Source: a virus
Taxonomy: Duplodnaviria > Caudoviricetes
DNA length: 55,088 nucleotides
IMG/VR virus record: IMGVR_UViG_3300013137_000002
Location: 1 to 55,088 of that record
Direction: 5' to 3' (one strand)
The first letter of the stretch is position 1; every line of letters begins with the position of its first letter. Below are positions 9,477 through 19,400 of the stretch, piece after piece. Both the position numbers and the translations under genes were made by a program. Below the pieces are notes generated by a model. The model made no database searches, was not told where the DNA came from, and saw only the letters and a list, made by a program, of their open reading frames with translations.

Positions 9477-10305
9477 CCTTACCAAAGAGGAGTTTATGCA
9501 CGCATATTCTTCTCAATATTACGACCCTGCGAAGGCCCATGAATATTATGAACGTACTAAGAAGTTAAAAGGTCGAAGTACATCTGGTATGAGCGACGAG
9601 CAAAAGAAGACTTGGAACTATGTTAAAGAAGGTATAACAACTGAAAAGAAGCAGAAAACTGAAGAAGTTCAAAAATCTTCTAGTACTGAAATCGAAGGTT
9701 TAAGATCTGAGGCTGCTGCGACTCGTGGGAGAATCTCAGAAAAACTCAGAGCTTGGCTTGAAGACATAACTGGGCAAACCGGTTCTGAAAAACAAACACT
9801 TTCTAAGACTGCTCAACGTGAGAAAGAACAAATTCAAGCTGAGAAGCAAAGAAAGATCGATGCTCTACCAGAAATTCCGAAAACGGCATCTCTCGCCCAA
9901 AAAGAGCGTTTACGCGCATCTAATGAGCAAAAGCGTGCTAGTATAAATGCAGAAGCAAAAGAGAAAATGGCTAAAATTACTGAGATCACATCAGAGAAAC
10001 GTACTGATATTTCGGAACAAGCTTCTGACGATAAATCAGGTATACGCGAAAGCGCAAGCCAAGAAAGAAAAATCGTTGCCGAAAAACTTAAAACGGCTAT
10101 TTCATCAGTTCGTGAAAAAGTTAAGGAGATAAAAGAAGCCCTTGGCACATCAACTGAAGAAACGCTGAATAAGGAATATGAAAATATTATGGCAAACATT
10201 GCTGGGAAACCTGCCAAAGCCAAAAAAGGAAAATCTAGTAATGATTCTTCTGCAAAGGATAAGTTCATTGCAGAAAATTTGGCAAAACAAAAATCAAAAA
10301 GTTAG
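9457..10305 (+). CDS. Coiled-coil head-associated protein
   Basis: FMHAYSSQYYDPAKAHEYYERTKKLKGR followed by K/E-rich helices; between portal and capsid; start uncertain. Confidence 0.55.
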   Translation: MVRVRVNLTKEEFMHAYSSQYYDPAKAHEYYERTKKLKGRSTSGMSDEQKKTWNYVKEGITTEKKQKTEEVQKSSSTEIEGLRSEAAATRGRISEKLRAWLEDITGQTGSEKQTLSKTAQREKEQIQAEKQRKIDALPEIPKTASLAQKERLRASNEQKRASINAEAKEKMAKITEITSEKRTDISEQASDDKSGIRESASQERKIVAEKLKTAISSVREKVKEIKEALGTSTEETLNKEYENIMANIAGKPAKAKKGKSSNDSSAKDKFIAENLAKQKSKS

Positions 10306-10317
10306 GAGGACACACTC

Positions 10318-12153
10318 ATGTCAAAGACCACATATGATTTTAGTGGTTACGCCACTAAGAATGGTCTTAAGTGCTCTGATGGACGCACAATCCTTAAAGA
10401 TGCATTTAAACACCAGGACGGTCAGACAGTTCCGCTGGTATGGCAGCATCTTCACAATGAACCTGCCAACGTCCTTGGTCATGCCGTTCTTGAAAACCGT
10501 GAAGATGGTGTTTACTGCTATGGTAAATTCAACGATACCGAAGCAGGAAAGAATGCCAAACAGCTTGTTTCTCATGGAGATATTTCCTCGCTTTCCATCT
10601 ATGCTAATCAGCTCAAAGAGCAGGCAAAGAAGGTTATGCATGGAGCTATCCGCGAAGTAAGTTTGGTACTTTCGGGTGCCAACCCCGGTGCTTTAATTGA
10701 TAATCTCAGTTTTGCACATGGTGATGGAACGTTCGTTGAAGACGAAACCGAAGCTATCATCTATACTGGCCTCAACTTCGCAAATGATGACAATTCTGCT
10801 GCTCATAGTGAAGATTCAACAGTTGCAGAGATATTTGATACTCTTAATGAAGAGCAGAAAACGGTTGTCTATGCTATGATCGCTCATGCAGCTGGCGAGA
10901 AACCGGAAGATGGTACTGTAAATAAAACAATACAGCACGCAAAGGCTGATGCTACAGTTAAGGAAGTATTTGATACTCTTAATGAAGAGCAGAAAAAGGT
11001 AGTTTACTATCTGATCGGAGCCGCTTTAGAAGAGGTTGGTGCCGAATCCGGAGCCCTCAAACAATCAAATCTTAACGAAGAAGGAGAATCAATTATGAAA
11101 ACAAATGTGTTTGACCAGTCAACTCAGGCAGCAAACAAGAATGTTCTGACTCATGATCAGATGGTAACGATTCTTGGCGATGCAAAGCGTTTCGGCTCCC
11201 TGAAAGAAAGCTTTATAGCTCATGCCGAGGAATATGGTTTTAATCCCATCGATATTCTTTTCCCGGATGCCAAGGCGGTTGGGGAACTTCAGGTTATCAA
11301 ACGTAATGATGCCTGGGTTGATGTTGTTCTTGGAGAAACAAACCATACCCCGTTCTCAAGGATACGTACAAATATTGCTAACATAACTGCTGAAGAAGCT
11401 AGGGCTAAAGGTTATGTTACCGGTTCACTTAAGAAAGAGGAAGTTATCACACTGATGAAGCGTGTTACTACTCCTACAACCATCTACAAAAAGCAGAAAC
11501 TTGACAGGGATGACATGATCGATATAACTGATTTTGACGTTGTTGTTTGGTTGAAGAATGAAATGCGTGGAATGCTGAATGAGGAACTTGCTCGTGCTGT
11601 CCTTATTAGCGATGGACGTGGAGTTGCCGATGAAGATAAGATCAACGAATTAAATGTTCGTCCGATCGCCTTCGATGACCCCAATATCTTTATTCACAGG
11701 ACCCAGGTTGCTTTCGATACGACTGCCGATGAGCTTATTGATGAATTCATCAAAGCTAGGACAAATTATAAAGGCAGCGGTTCCCCGTCATTGTATGCTC
11801 CGACATCTGTTATTACAGAAATGCTACTTGTTAAGGACAAACAGGGTCGCAGAATCTATAATAATCTTCAGGAGTTGGCTTCAGTTCTGCTCGTTAGTAA
11901 AATCGTTGAAGTCGAACCGATGGCGAATGCTAAACGTGTTTCCGGTGATGATGAGTTCCCGATTCTTGGTATCGTTGTCAATCTGAAGGATTATACAATC
12001 GGTGCTGATAAAGGCGGACAGGTCTCCATGTTTGACGATTTCGATATCGATTACAATCAGTTTAAATACTTGATTGAGACTCGTTGTTCTGGAGCTTTAA
12101 CCAAACCGAAAGCGGCAATTGTTATAGAGAGACTGCCGGAAGTACAGCCGTAA
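10318..12153 (+). CDS. Prohead protease-scaffold-major capsid fusion
   Basis: N-terminal HK97-type protease (FSGYAT, PLVWQH, SLSIYA, IREVSLV..GANPGA), duplicated helical linker, C-terminal capsid domain; internal RBS and ATG at 11095. Confidence 0.9.
   Translation: MSKTTYDFSGYATKNGLKCSDGRTILKDAFKHQDGQTVPLVWQHLHNEPANVLGHAVLENREDGVYCYGKFNDTEAGKNAKQLVSHGDISSLSIYANQLKEQAKKVMHGAIREVSLVLSGANPGALIDNLSFAHGDGTFVEDETEAIIYTGLNFANDDNSAAHSEDSTVAEIFDTLNEEQKTVVYAMIAHAAGEKPEDGTVNKTIQHAKADATVKEVFDTLNEEQKKVVYYLIGAALEEVGAESGALKQSNLNEEGESIMKTNVFDQSTQAANKNVLTHDQMVTILGDAKRFGSLKESFIAHAEEYGFNPIDILFPDAKAVGELQVIKRNDAWVDVVLGETNHTPFSRIRTNIANITAEEARAKGYVTGSLKKEEVITLMKRVTTPTTIYKKQKLDRDDMIDITDFDVVVWLKNEMRGMLNEELARAVLISDGRGVADEDKINELNVRPIAFDDPNIFIHRTQVAFDTTADELIDEFIKARTNYKGSGSPSLYAPTSVITEMLLVKDKQGRRIYNNLQELASVLLVSKIVEVEPMANAKRVSGDDEFPILGIVVNLKDYTIGADKGGQVSMFDDFDIDYNQFKYLIETRCSGALTKPKAAIVIERLPEVQP
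10832..10996 (+). repeat. 30-bp direct repeat in the scaffold linker (10832-10861 and 10967-10996)
   Basis: tatttgatactcttaatgaagagcagaaaa twice; protein TVxExFDTLNEEQKxVVY twice. Confidence 0.9.
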
Positions 12154-12211
12154 TCCAATTCAATTACATAAGTCTCTAATAGAGGCTTCAAAATGGAAGT
12201 GAGGTGATGAG

Positions 12212-12553
12212 ATGGCAAAGTTCTATGGTGAAGTCGGTTATGCTGAAACATCTGAAACTGCGCCTGGTGTATGGACAGATGTCGTTACTGAACGTAATTA
12301 CTTCGGTGATGTACTCAAAAACACACGCCGTTTGGAGGCAGGAGAGGGTCTTAATGATAACCTTACGATCAATAACATGATTAGTATCGTCGCAGATCCC
12401 TTTGCCTATCAGCACTTTCATACAATGCGATATGTTAAATGGATGGGGGCTCTTTGGAAGGTTACTAATGTAGAAGTCCAAAGGCCCCGTCTTATCTTGA
12501 CTATAGGAGGTGTATACAATGGGCCAACGCCTATCGCTCCACCAGATCCTTAA
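12212..12553 (+). CDS. Head closure/stopper protein
   Basis: Small beta-rich protein right after the capsid gene (ETAPGVW...WKVTNVEVQRPRLILT). Confidence 0.65.
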   Translation: MAKFYGEVGYAETSETAPGVWTDVVTERNYFGDVLKNTRRLEAGEGLNDNLTINNMISIVADPFAYQHFHTMRYVKWMGALWKVTNVEVQRPRLILTIGGVYNGPTPIAPPDP

Positions 12554-12824
12554 GACGATTCTTGGGAGTAATAATGTATATTTTCAACCTCCAGCAACAG
12601 TCAATTTAAACTATCCTTGTATTGTCTATAGGCGCAGTGACATTGATACTGCTTTTGCAGATGATAGTCCTTATATCACAAATAAACAGTATCAGGTTAC
12701 AATAATAGATCCAAATCCGGATAGTTTAATTCCGGATAAGGTTGGGCAACTGAGAAAGTGTGTATTTGATAGACATTTTACAGCAGCTAATCTCAACCAT
12801 GATGTTTATAATCTTTACTATTAA
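12519..12824 (+). CDS. Tail terminator/completion protein
   Basis: NVYFQPP...YPCIVY motif; directly before the major tail gene. Confidence 0.7.
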   Translation: MGQRLSLHQILKTILGSNNVYFQPPATVNLNYPCIVYRRSDIDTAFADDSPYITNKQYQVTIIDPNPDSLIPDKVGQLRKCVFDRHFTAANLNHDVYNLYY

Positions 12825-12842
12825 GAATGGAGGTCACATACA

Positions 12843-13802
12843 ATGAAACTTGATTGGGATAAAATCGGTGAACGTTTTTATGAAACCGGTGTAAAAAAAG
12901 GAGTTCTCTACCCACAGAATTCTTCCACCGGATTGTATCCATTAGGAGTAGCTTGGAACGGTCTTACAGCCGTTACAGAGAGTCCTTCTGGGGCAGAACC
13001 AAATCCGATATATGCCGATGATATTAAGTATCTTAACTTAATATCGGCAGAAGAATTTGGAGCAACAATTGAAGCTTATACATATCCTGATGAATTCGCT
13101 CCTTGCGATGGATCAGGATCTCTTGCTACTGGTGTAAGTATCGGTCAGCAAAAGAGACAACCCTTTGGTCTTTGTTATAGAACAGCTCTTGGTAACGATA
13201 CCGATGGAGAAGATCATGGCTATAAGTTGCATCTTATTTATGGTGCTATAGCTGCTCCCTCTGAGAAGGCATATGCAACTATAAACGATACTCCTGAGGC
13301 AATCACATTCTCTTGGGAAGTGTCGACAACTCCGGTAGCTGTAACTGGTTTTAAACCGACAGCATCTTTGACGATTGATTCAACAAAAGTTAATGCCGCA
13401 ACTTTAGCTTCTCTTGAAGATATTCTGTATGGCACCGATGTTGCTGATCCTCGTCTTCCACTGCCGGATGAAGTTGCGGCTCTCTTTGCTGCTGGCGCTC
13501 CGGCTGCTTTGGCACTCTCTTCGATCGTTCCTGATGATGAAGCTATTAATATTGCTATTAATGCGAACATCGTTCTTACATTTAACAATAAGATTGCTCG
13601 CGAAGCAATTGTTGTTACTGAAGATGATGGTACGATTGTTGCTTGTACTCCGAGTTGGGATGCAGCAGGTAAAGTTCTTACTCTTAATCCCAATGCAAAC
13701 CTTTCCAATAATACTGTCTACATCGTTACCATTGGTGGCGTAGTGGATATTTATGGTCAGGCTCTTGCTGCGGTAGTTAAGAACTTTATAACTGTAGCGT
13801 AA
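12843..13802 (+). CDS. Major tail protein with C-terminal Ig-like domain
   Basis: GVAWNGLT...YADDIKY...TINDTPEAITFSWE; C-terminal IVLTFN...LTLNPNANL...YIVTI. Confidence 0.9.
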   Translation: MKLDWDKIGERFYETGVKKGVLYPQNSSTGLYPLGVAWNGLTAVTESPSGAEPNPIYADDIKYLNLISAEEFGATIEAYTYPDEFAPCDGSGSLATGVSIGQQKRQPFGLCYRTALGNDTDGEDHGYKLHLIYGAIAAPSEKAYATINDTPEAITFSWEVSTTPVAVTGFKPTASLTIDSTKVNAATLASLEDILYGTDVADPRLPLPDEVAALFAAGAPAALALSSIVPDDEAINIAINANIVLTFNNKIAREAIVVTEDDGTIVACTPSWDAAGKVLTLNPNANLSNNTVYIVTIGGVVDIYGQALAAVVKNFITVA

Positions 13803-13815
13803 TAAAAGTCGTTAA

Positions 13816-13860
13816 TGGAATAGGCTCTCTGAGATATGGGAGCCCATTCCAATTTATATT
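13816..13860 (+). terminator. Hairpin after the major tail gene
   Basis: TGGAATAGGCTCTC / GGGAGCCCATTCCA stem followed by an AT-rich tract. Confidence 0.55.
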
Positions 13861-13890
13861 CCGAATAAAGAATTGAAAGGAGAAAACACT

Positions 13891-14280
13891 ATGCTTAAGA
13901 AGACTATAAAATATACCGATTATGACGGAAATCCTAGGATTGAGGATTTTTATTTTAACCTCAGCAAGGCTGAAGTTGCAGAGATGGAACTATCAGAGAC
14001 AGGTGGTCTATCCAAACTTCTGCAAAAAATCATAGCAGAAAAGAATAATAAGAAGATAATTGAAATGTTCAAGGATCTTATTCTCAGGGCTTATGGTGAG
14101 AAGTCACCAGATGGTAAAAGATTCATTAAGAATCAGGAACTTCGCGATGCATTTTGTCAGACAGAAGCATATAGCGAATTGTTTATGGAATTAGCTGGCA
14201 ATGCAGAGGCCGCTGCAGCCTTTGTAAATGGTATTACACCAGTTATTCAGTCTGTGTCCGGAGCTCAAGCATCCAGATAA
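13891..14280 (+). CDS. Tail assembly chaperone
   Basis: MLKKTIKYTDYDG..EDFYFNL...AYGEKSPDGKRFIK; follows the major tail gene. Confidence 0.7.
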   Translation: MLKKTIKYTDYDGNPRIEDFYFNLSKAEVAEMELSETGGLSKLLQKIIAEKNNKKIIEMFKDLILRAYGEKSPDGKRFIKNQELRDAFCQTEAYSELFMELAGNAEAAAAFVNGITPVIQSVSGAQASR

Positions 14281-14316
14281 AATAATTCAAAAGTATTGGA
14301 AGGAGACCAAAGAGAT

Positions 14317-14856
14317 ATGCTAAAGATCGCGATTCCAAACATCGAGCAATACGATGAAGCACGGAACGAATTCATTTCTACAAAAGCACAAGTATTGCAA
14401 CTTGAGCACTCTCTGGTCTCACTTTCAAAATGGGAGTCAAAGTGGTGCAAACCGTTCCTAGCTAAGGAAGAAAAAACGTTTGAAGAATCTGTCGACTATG
14501 TTCGCTGCATGACAATCACGCAAAATGTTGACGATAATGCTTACTTAGCTGTAAATAATAATCACATAAGAGAAGTAACTAAATACATTGAGGCACCAAT
14601 GACAGCAACTATTTTTTCAAAAGATAAAAGGCCGCCAAATAGGGAAGTTATAACAGCGGAGATTATCTATTATTGGATGGTAACATTAAACATACCTTTT
14701 GAGTGTCAAAAGTGGCATCTTAATCGATTATTAACACTCATCAATGTATGTAACATTAAGAATAATCCTCCTAAGAAGATGAATAAAAAAGAACTTATGA
14801 ACCGTAATGCAGCACTTAATGCGGCTCGTAGACAATCTTTAAACACAAAGGGGTGA
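14317..14856 (+). CDS. Second tail assembly chaperone-like protein
   Basis: LEHSLVSLSKWESKW...IPFECQKWHLNRLLTLI; has its own GAAGGAG RBS. Confidence 0.6.
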   Translation: MLKIAIPNIEQYDEARNEFISTKAQVLQLEHSLVSLSKWESKWCKPFLAKEEKTFEESVDYVRCMTITQNVDDNAYLAVNNNHIREVTKYIEAPMTATIFSKDKRPPNREVITAEIIYYWMVTLNIPFECQKWHLNRLLTLINVCNIKNNPPKKMNKKELMNRNAALNAARRQSLNTKG

Positions 14857-14860
14857 TAAA

Positions 14861-15649
14861 ATGAGTAATAGTTCGTTAATTTCATATACAAAAATTAGTC
14901 CATACAAAACTAGTCCTAGAAATCATGCTATTGATACTATTACTATACATTGTATGGCTGGTAATTTGTCAGTCGAAACTTGTGGAGACATCTTTCAAAG
15001 AGAAGGAAGAAACGCAAGTAGCAATTATGGAATTGGTTCTGATGGTCGAATTGCATTATATATTGATGAAAATGACCGTTCATGGTGTAGCTCGTCATCA
15101 TCTAATGACCATCGTGCCATAACAATTGAAGTCGCAAACAATGGAGGAGAACCTAATTGGCCGGTCTCAGGCAAAGCGTACGAATCCTTAATTTTACTTC
15201 TTACAGATATTTGTAGGAGAAATAATATAAAGCAATTACTATGGGAAGCTGATAAATCATTGATCGGGCAGGTCGATAGACAGAATATGACAGTCCATCG
15301 CTGGTTTTCAAGTAAATCTTGTCCTGGAGATTATTTATATAAACTCCATGGCGATATAGCAAAAGAAGTTAATAAAAATCTTGAGGCAAGAGTAAAGGAG
15401 GTCGAAGACGTGGACTTTTCAAAACTTACTGATGAAGAAGTTGATATCTTAATGGCTCGCATAAACAAAAGACTTGCTGAAAAACCCACCTCTGACTATG
15501 CAAAGGAGTCAAGTGAGAAGGGTATTAAGAGTGGTTTATTTGCTGACGGTGATAAGGATGGTCTTGTAGACAATCCACAGGGATATTTAAGACGTCAGGA
15601 ATTAGCTACTGTACTTAACCGGGCAGGAATGCTTGATAAAAAGTACTAA
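14861..15649 (+). CDS. Endolysin, N-acetylmuramoyl-L-alanine amidase (Amidase_2) with SLH-like C-terminus
   Basis: ITIHCMAG, ASSNYGIG, ITIEVAN, VHRWF..KSCPG; C-terminal PQGYLRRQELATVLNR. Confidence 0.9.
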   Translation: MSNSSLISYTKISPYKTSPRNHAIDTITIHCMAGNLSVETCGDIFQREGRNASSNYGIGSDGRIALYIDENDRSWCSSSSSNDHRAITIEVANNGGEPNWPVSGKAYESLILLLTDICRRNNIKQLLWEADKSLIGQVDRQNMTVHRWFSSKSCPGDYLYKLHGDIAKEVNKNLEARVKEVEDVDFSKLTDEEVDILMARINKRLAEKPTSDYAKESSEKGIKSGLFADGDKDGLVDNPQGYLRRQELATVLNRAGMLDKKY

Positions 15650-16064
15650 TTTGTTCAAACGAACATTTTTATTCATCTTTTATGCGGCTCTTCTTTCCTT
15701 TGCAGCTGGCTTTATTCTAACTATGTGGGGATTAAAAATCTTCATGATATGCGGAATAGTTGCTTTCGGCTTTTTCTTAATCTGGGTTTCATCATGGCTT
15801 AATGATAAAGGTAAGCTAGACACAAGTAAAATACTTATATTTATTCTTATTTACATAGGTGCAATTATGGCTGGCTTTTCATATTATCTCGCTTATGTCC
15901 AAAGAGAAGAGATTGCTGAAAGTTTGTCAAAAGCTGCATTAGTTGAACTTGTGGCTCCAGCCGTCATTATGTTGATTAAATCTCTGGTTGAGAATTTGTC
16001 AATGAACAATACCTGGCCAGATAAAAAAGACTGCAAAATAGAAGATGAAACTCCGCCTATTTAA
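15633..16064 (+). CDS. Multi-pass membrane protein (possible holin-like)
   Basis: Three to four hydrophobic segments; adjacent to the endolysin. Confidence 0.5.
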   Translation: MIKSTNLFKRTFLFIFYAALLSFAAGFILTMWGLKIFMICGIVAFGFFLIWVSSWLNDKGKLDTSKILIFILIYIGAIMAGFSYYLAYVQREEIAESLSKAALVELVAPAVIMLIKSLVENLSMNNTWPDKKDCKIEDETPPI

Positions 16065-16078
16065 AGGAGGGTCAAATC

Positions 16079-16456
16079 ATGATTGCATTCAAACATCATG
16101 GAAGTTTTAAAAATACAGAAAAGTTCTTGACCCGAAATCAAAGGTTGGAGTATGTGAAAATCCTTGATAAGTACGGTCGGGAAGGTGTTGCGGCTCTTCA
16201 GACAGCTACTCCAGTTGATTCTGGAGAGACCGCAGGCGCCTGGGGTTATAAGATTCGCATTTTTAGAAATTCCTTTAACATAATGTGGACAAATTCCAAC
16301 GTTGTTGATGGAGTTCCAATTGCAATTATTCTACAGTATGGTCATGCAACAAGAACTGGCGGATATGTGCAAGGAAGAGATTATATCAATCCTGCTCTTA
16401 AGCCACTTTTTGATAGACTTGCTGAAGAAGCATGGAGGGAGGTAACGAATCTATGA
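16079..16456 (+). CDS. Tail completion/neck protein (HK97 gp10-like)
   Basis: TPVDSGETA...LQYGHATRTGGYVQGRDYINPAL. Confidence 0.75.
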   Translation: MIAFKHHGSFKNTEKFLTRNQRLEYVKILDKYGREGVAALQTATPVDSGETAGAWGYKIRIFRNSFNIMWTNSNVVDGVPIAIILQYGHATRTGGYVQGRDYINPALKPLFDRLAEEAWREVTNL

Positions 16457-19400
16457 GTAAATCTATCGACGAAAGAATTGTAGAGATGCAATTTAACAAT
16501 CGGCAATTCGAATCTGGTGTAAAAGAAAGTCTTGGTTCTCTTGATAAACTCAAGAAAGGTCTTGATTTAGAAGGAGCAAGTAAGAGTTTAACCGGATTAA
16601 GCGAAGCTGGAAGGAAATTTTCACTCGCTGGGATTGCAGAGGGAGTCGATACGATCGCTGGGAAATTCACCACCCTAGGTATCATAGGCGTTACCGCAAT
16701 TCAGAATATTGCTAATATGGCAGTAGAAAAGGGAAAACAAATTATTTCTGCCCTAACAATTGACCCAATATTAGCAGGATTCAGTGAATACGAACTTAAG
16801 ATGGGCTCCATCCAGACAATCATGGCTGGTACAGGAGCTTCCCTTGAACAGGTAAACAAGAAACTCAATGAATTAAATGAATACTCTGATAAAACCATAT
16901 ATTCTTTCTCTGACATGACCCGAAACATTGGTAAGTTTACTAATGCCGGTGTATCCTTGGATGGTTCAGTTAAGGCTATTCAGGGTGTTGCGAACGTTGC
17001 AGCAGTATCTGGCGCTAATGCTGAGGAAGCTTCTCGAGCAATGTACAATTTTGCTCAAGCTTTGTCATCAGGATATGTTAAACTTATCGATTGGAAGTCT
17101 ATTGAGCTTGCAAATATGGGAACGCTTGAGTTTAAACAGCAACTTATTGACGCTGCTGTTGCTGCTGGGACATTAGCTGATGCTGGAAATGGTCTTTATA
17201 AGACATATAAAGGCACCTTAGTTAATGCTACTAAAGGATTCAATGACAGTCTACAAGATGAATGGATGACAACAGAAGTTCTTGTTAAAACTCTCGGTAA
17301 TTATGCTGATGAAACCACAGCAATTGGTAAGAAAGCGTTTGCCGCAGCCCAAGATATTAAAACCCTGACTCAGATGTATGATACTTTAAAAGAATCAGCA
17401 CAATCTGGATGGGCACAAACTTGGGAAATAATCGCTGGAGATTTTAATGAAGGAAAATCCCTATATACAGAACTCGGAGCAGCTATTGGTGGAATGTTAC
17501 AAAGATCTGCTGATGCACGTAATGCCATGCTTCAGTTCTGGAAAGACAATGGAGGTCGTACAGCCCTAATCGAGTCTTTCAAGAATGCTTTTGGTGCTCT
17601 TAATCAAGTATTAAAACCTATTAGTGAAGCATTTAATCAGATCTTTCCTCCAATGACTGGAGAGAGACTTGTCGCTATGACAAATGCTCTTAAAACTTTT
17701 ACTGAGAGCCTCAAAATAGGGGAAGAAACCGCAAACAACATTAAACGGACGTTTTCTGGATTCTTTGCAATTCTTAGTATTGGTAAACAAGCAATCTCCG
17801 CACTTATCGGTGGAATAGCAAGACTCTTTGAGATACTGGCTCCTGGAGCTGGAAGTTTTCTTGGGGTTACTGCTGGAATTGGAGACTGGCTTGTTGCTCT
17901 TGATTCTGCAATTAAGAAGGGCGACATATTTAACAAAGCAATCGGGAAGGTTGTTGATGTTATTGAATGGGTTGCCGAAAAAGTTGGAATCGGTATAACG
18001 GCTATCGCTGGATTCTTTAAGTCTTTTGGAGAGATCGATTCAAGTGGTGCTGAATCCTTTGCGGATAGAGTTAGACTAAGATTTGAACCATTTTCTGCCT
18101 TATTTGAAGGCATTGGTAAGATCTTCTCTAAAACGGTCGATATTCTTAAGAAGGTTGCTCCTTTGTTCTATAACCTTGCAAGTATGATAGGTAAAGGCAT
18201 CATGAGTTTGCAAGATAGGATACTTGAAGCACTTGATAAAGGTAGTTTTAGCTCGATACTCGATATAATTAACACCGGTTTACTTGGAACTCTAATACTT
18301 GGTATCAGGAAGTTTGTCAACTCAATGTCAAAAGTAACTGGTGGTTTCGCTGGTATTCTTGATGGAGTAAAAGGCTCCCTCGAAGCATGGCAATCCTCAT
18401 TAAAGGCGGGAGTATTACTCAAGATTGCTATTTCTATTGGTATTCTTGCGGCCGCTCTTGCTGTTTTAGCATCTATTGACTCGGAAAAGCTGACAGGAGC
18501 ATTAGTTGCCATAGCAACACTCTTTGCTGAACTGTTTGGATCTATGACTATATTCTCTAAACTCATTTCGGGACCTGGCATGAAAGGCATCATGACAATG
18601 TCTGTTGCTATGATAGGTGTATCAATAGCCGTTCTTCTTTTATCCTCTGCTATGAAAAAATTAGCAGACTTGGATTGGGAAGGAATTGAGAAGGGTCTTA
18701 TTGCAGTTGGCGCCCTTATGGGTATGCTTATCGCCACCACAAAAATTCTCTCAGCTAATACTGGAGGAATGATTAAAGGAGCATCAGGTTTTATTCTATT
18801 TGCAGTAGCTATTAATATTTTAGCCTCGGCAGTTGAGAAACTTGGAGCGATTGATATCGTATCTTTAGGTAAAGGCTTACTTGCTGTTGGTGTCCTTATG
18901 ACCGAACTTGCTTTATTCATGAGAGCAACCGATCTAAACAAGATGGGCATTACCAAAGGTATAGGTATATTACTGTTAGCAACATCCATGACTATATTAG
19001 CTAGTGCAGTAAAGAAACTTGGAGAAATCGATCTTGCAGCCTTAGCTAAAGGTTTAGTTTCTATGGGTGTATTACTAACAGAGATTGCGTTGTTTATAAA
19101 TGCAACACCAGATGCAAAGCGTGTTATTTCTACGGCTACTGGTCTCGTTATTCTCGGAGCAGCAATGCTTATATTTGCAAGTGCAATTGAGAAGATGGGC
19201 AGTATGTCTCTTTCTGAGATTGGTAAGGGACTACTAACGATGGCAGGTGCTCTTGGAATTATAGCAGTAGCTCTTAATTTAATGCCTAAAAATATGATCC
19301 TAACAGGAACAGCTCTTGTTGTGATTGCTAGTGCATTGGTTATCCTATCAAAAGCGTTAGAAAACATGGGCGGAATGTCCTGGGGAGAAATCGCAAAAGG

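Noticed and set aside
12160-12190. Partial match to the early promoter (AC...TCTAATAGA) after the capsid gene
   Set aside because: It lacks TCGC and has the wrong spacing; better explained as the hairpin AAGTCTCT-AAT-AGAGGCTT.
13891-14856. Programmed frameshift or readthrough between the tail chaperones
   Set aside because: The two ORFs are in the same frame separated by one TAA, but the second has its own RBS and I see no slippery site. TAA readthrough is unsupported.
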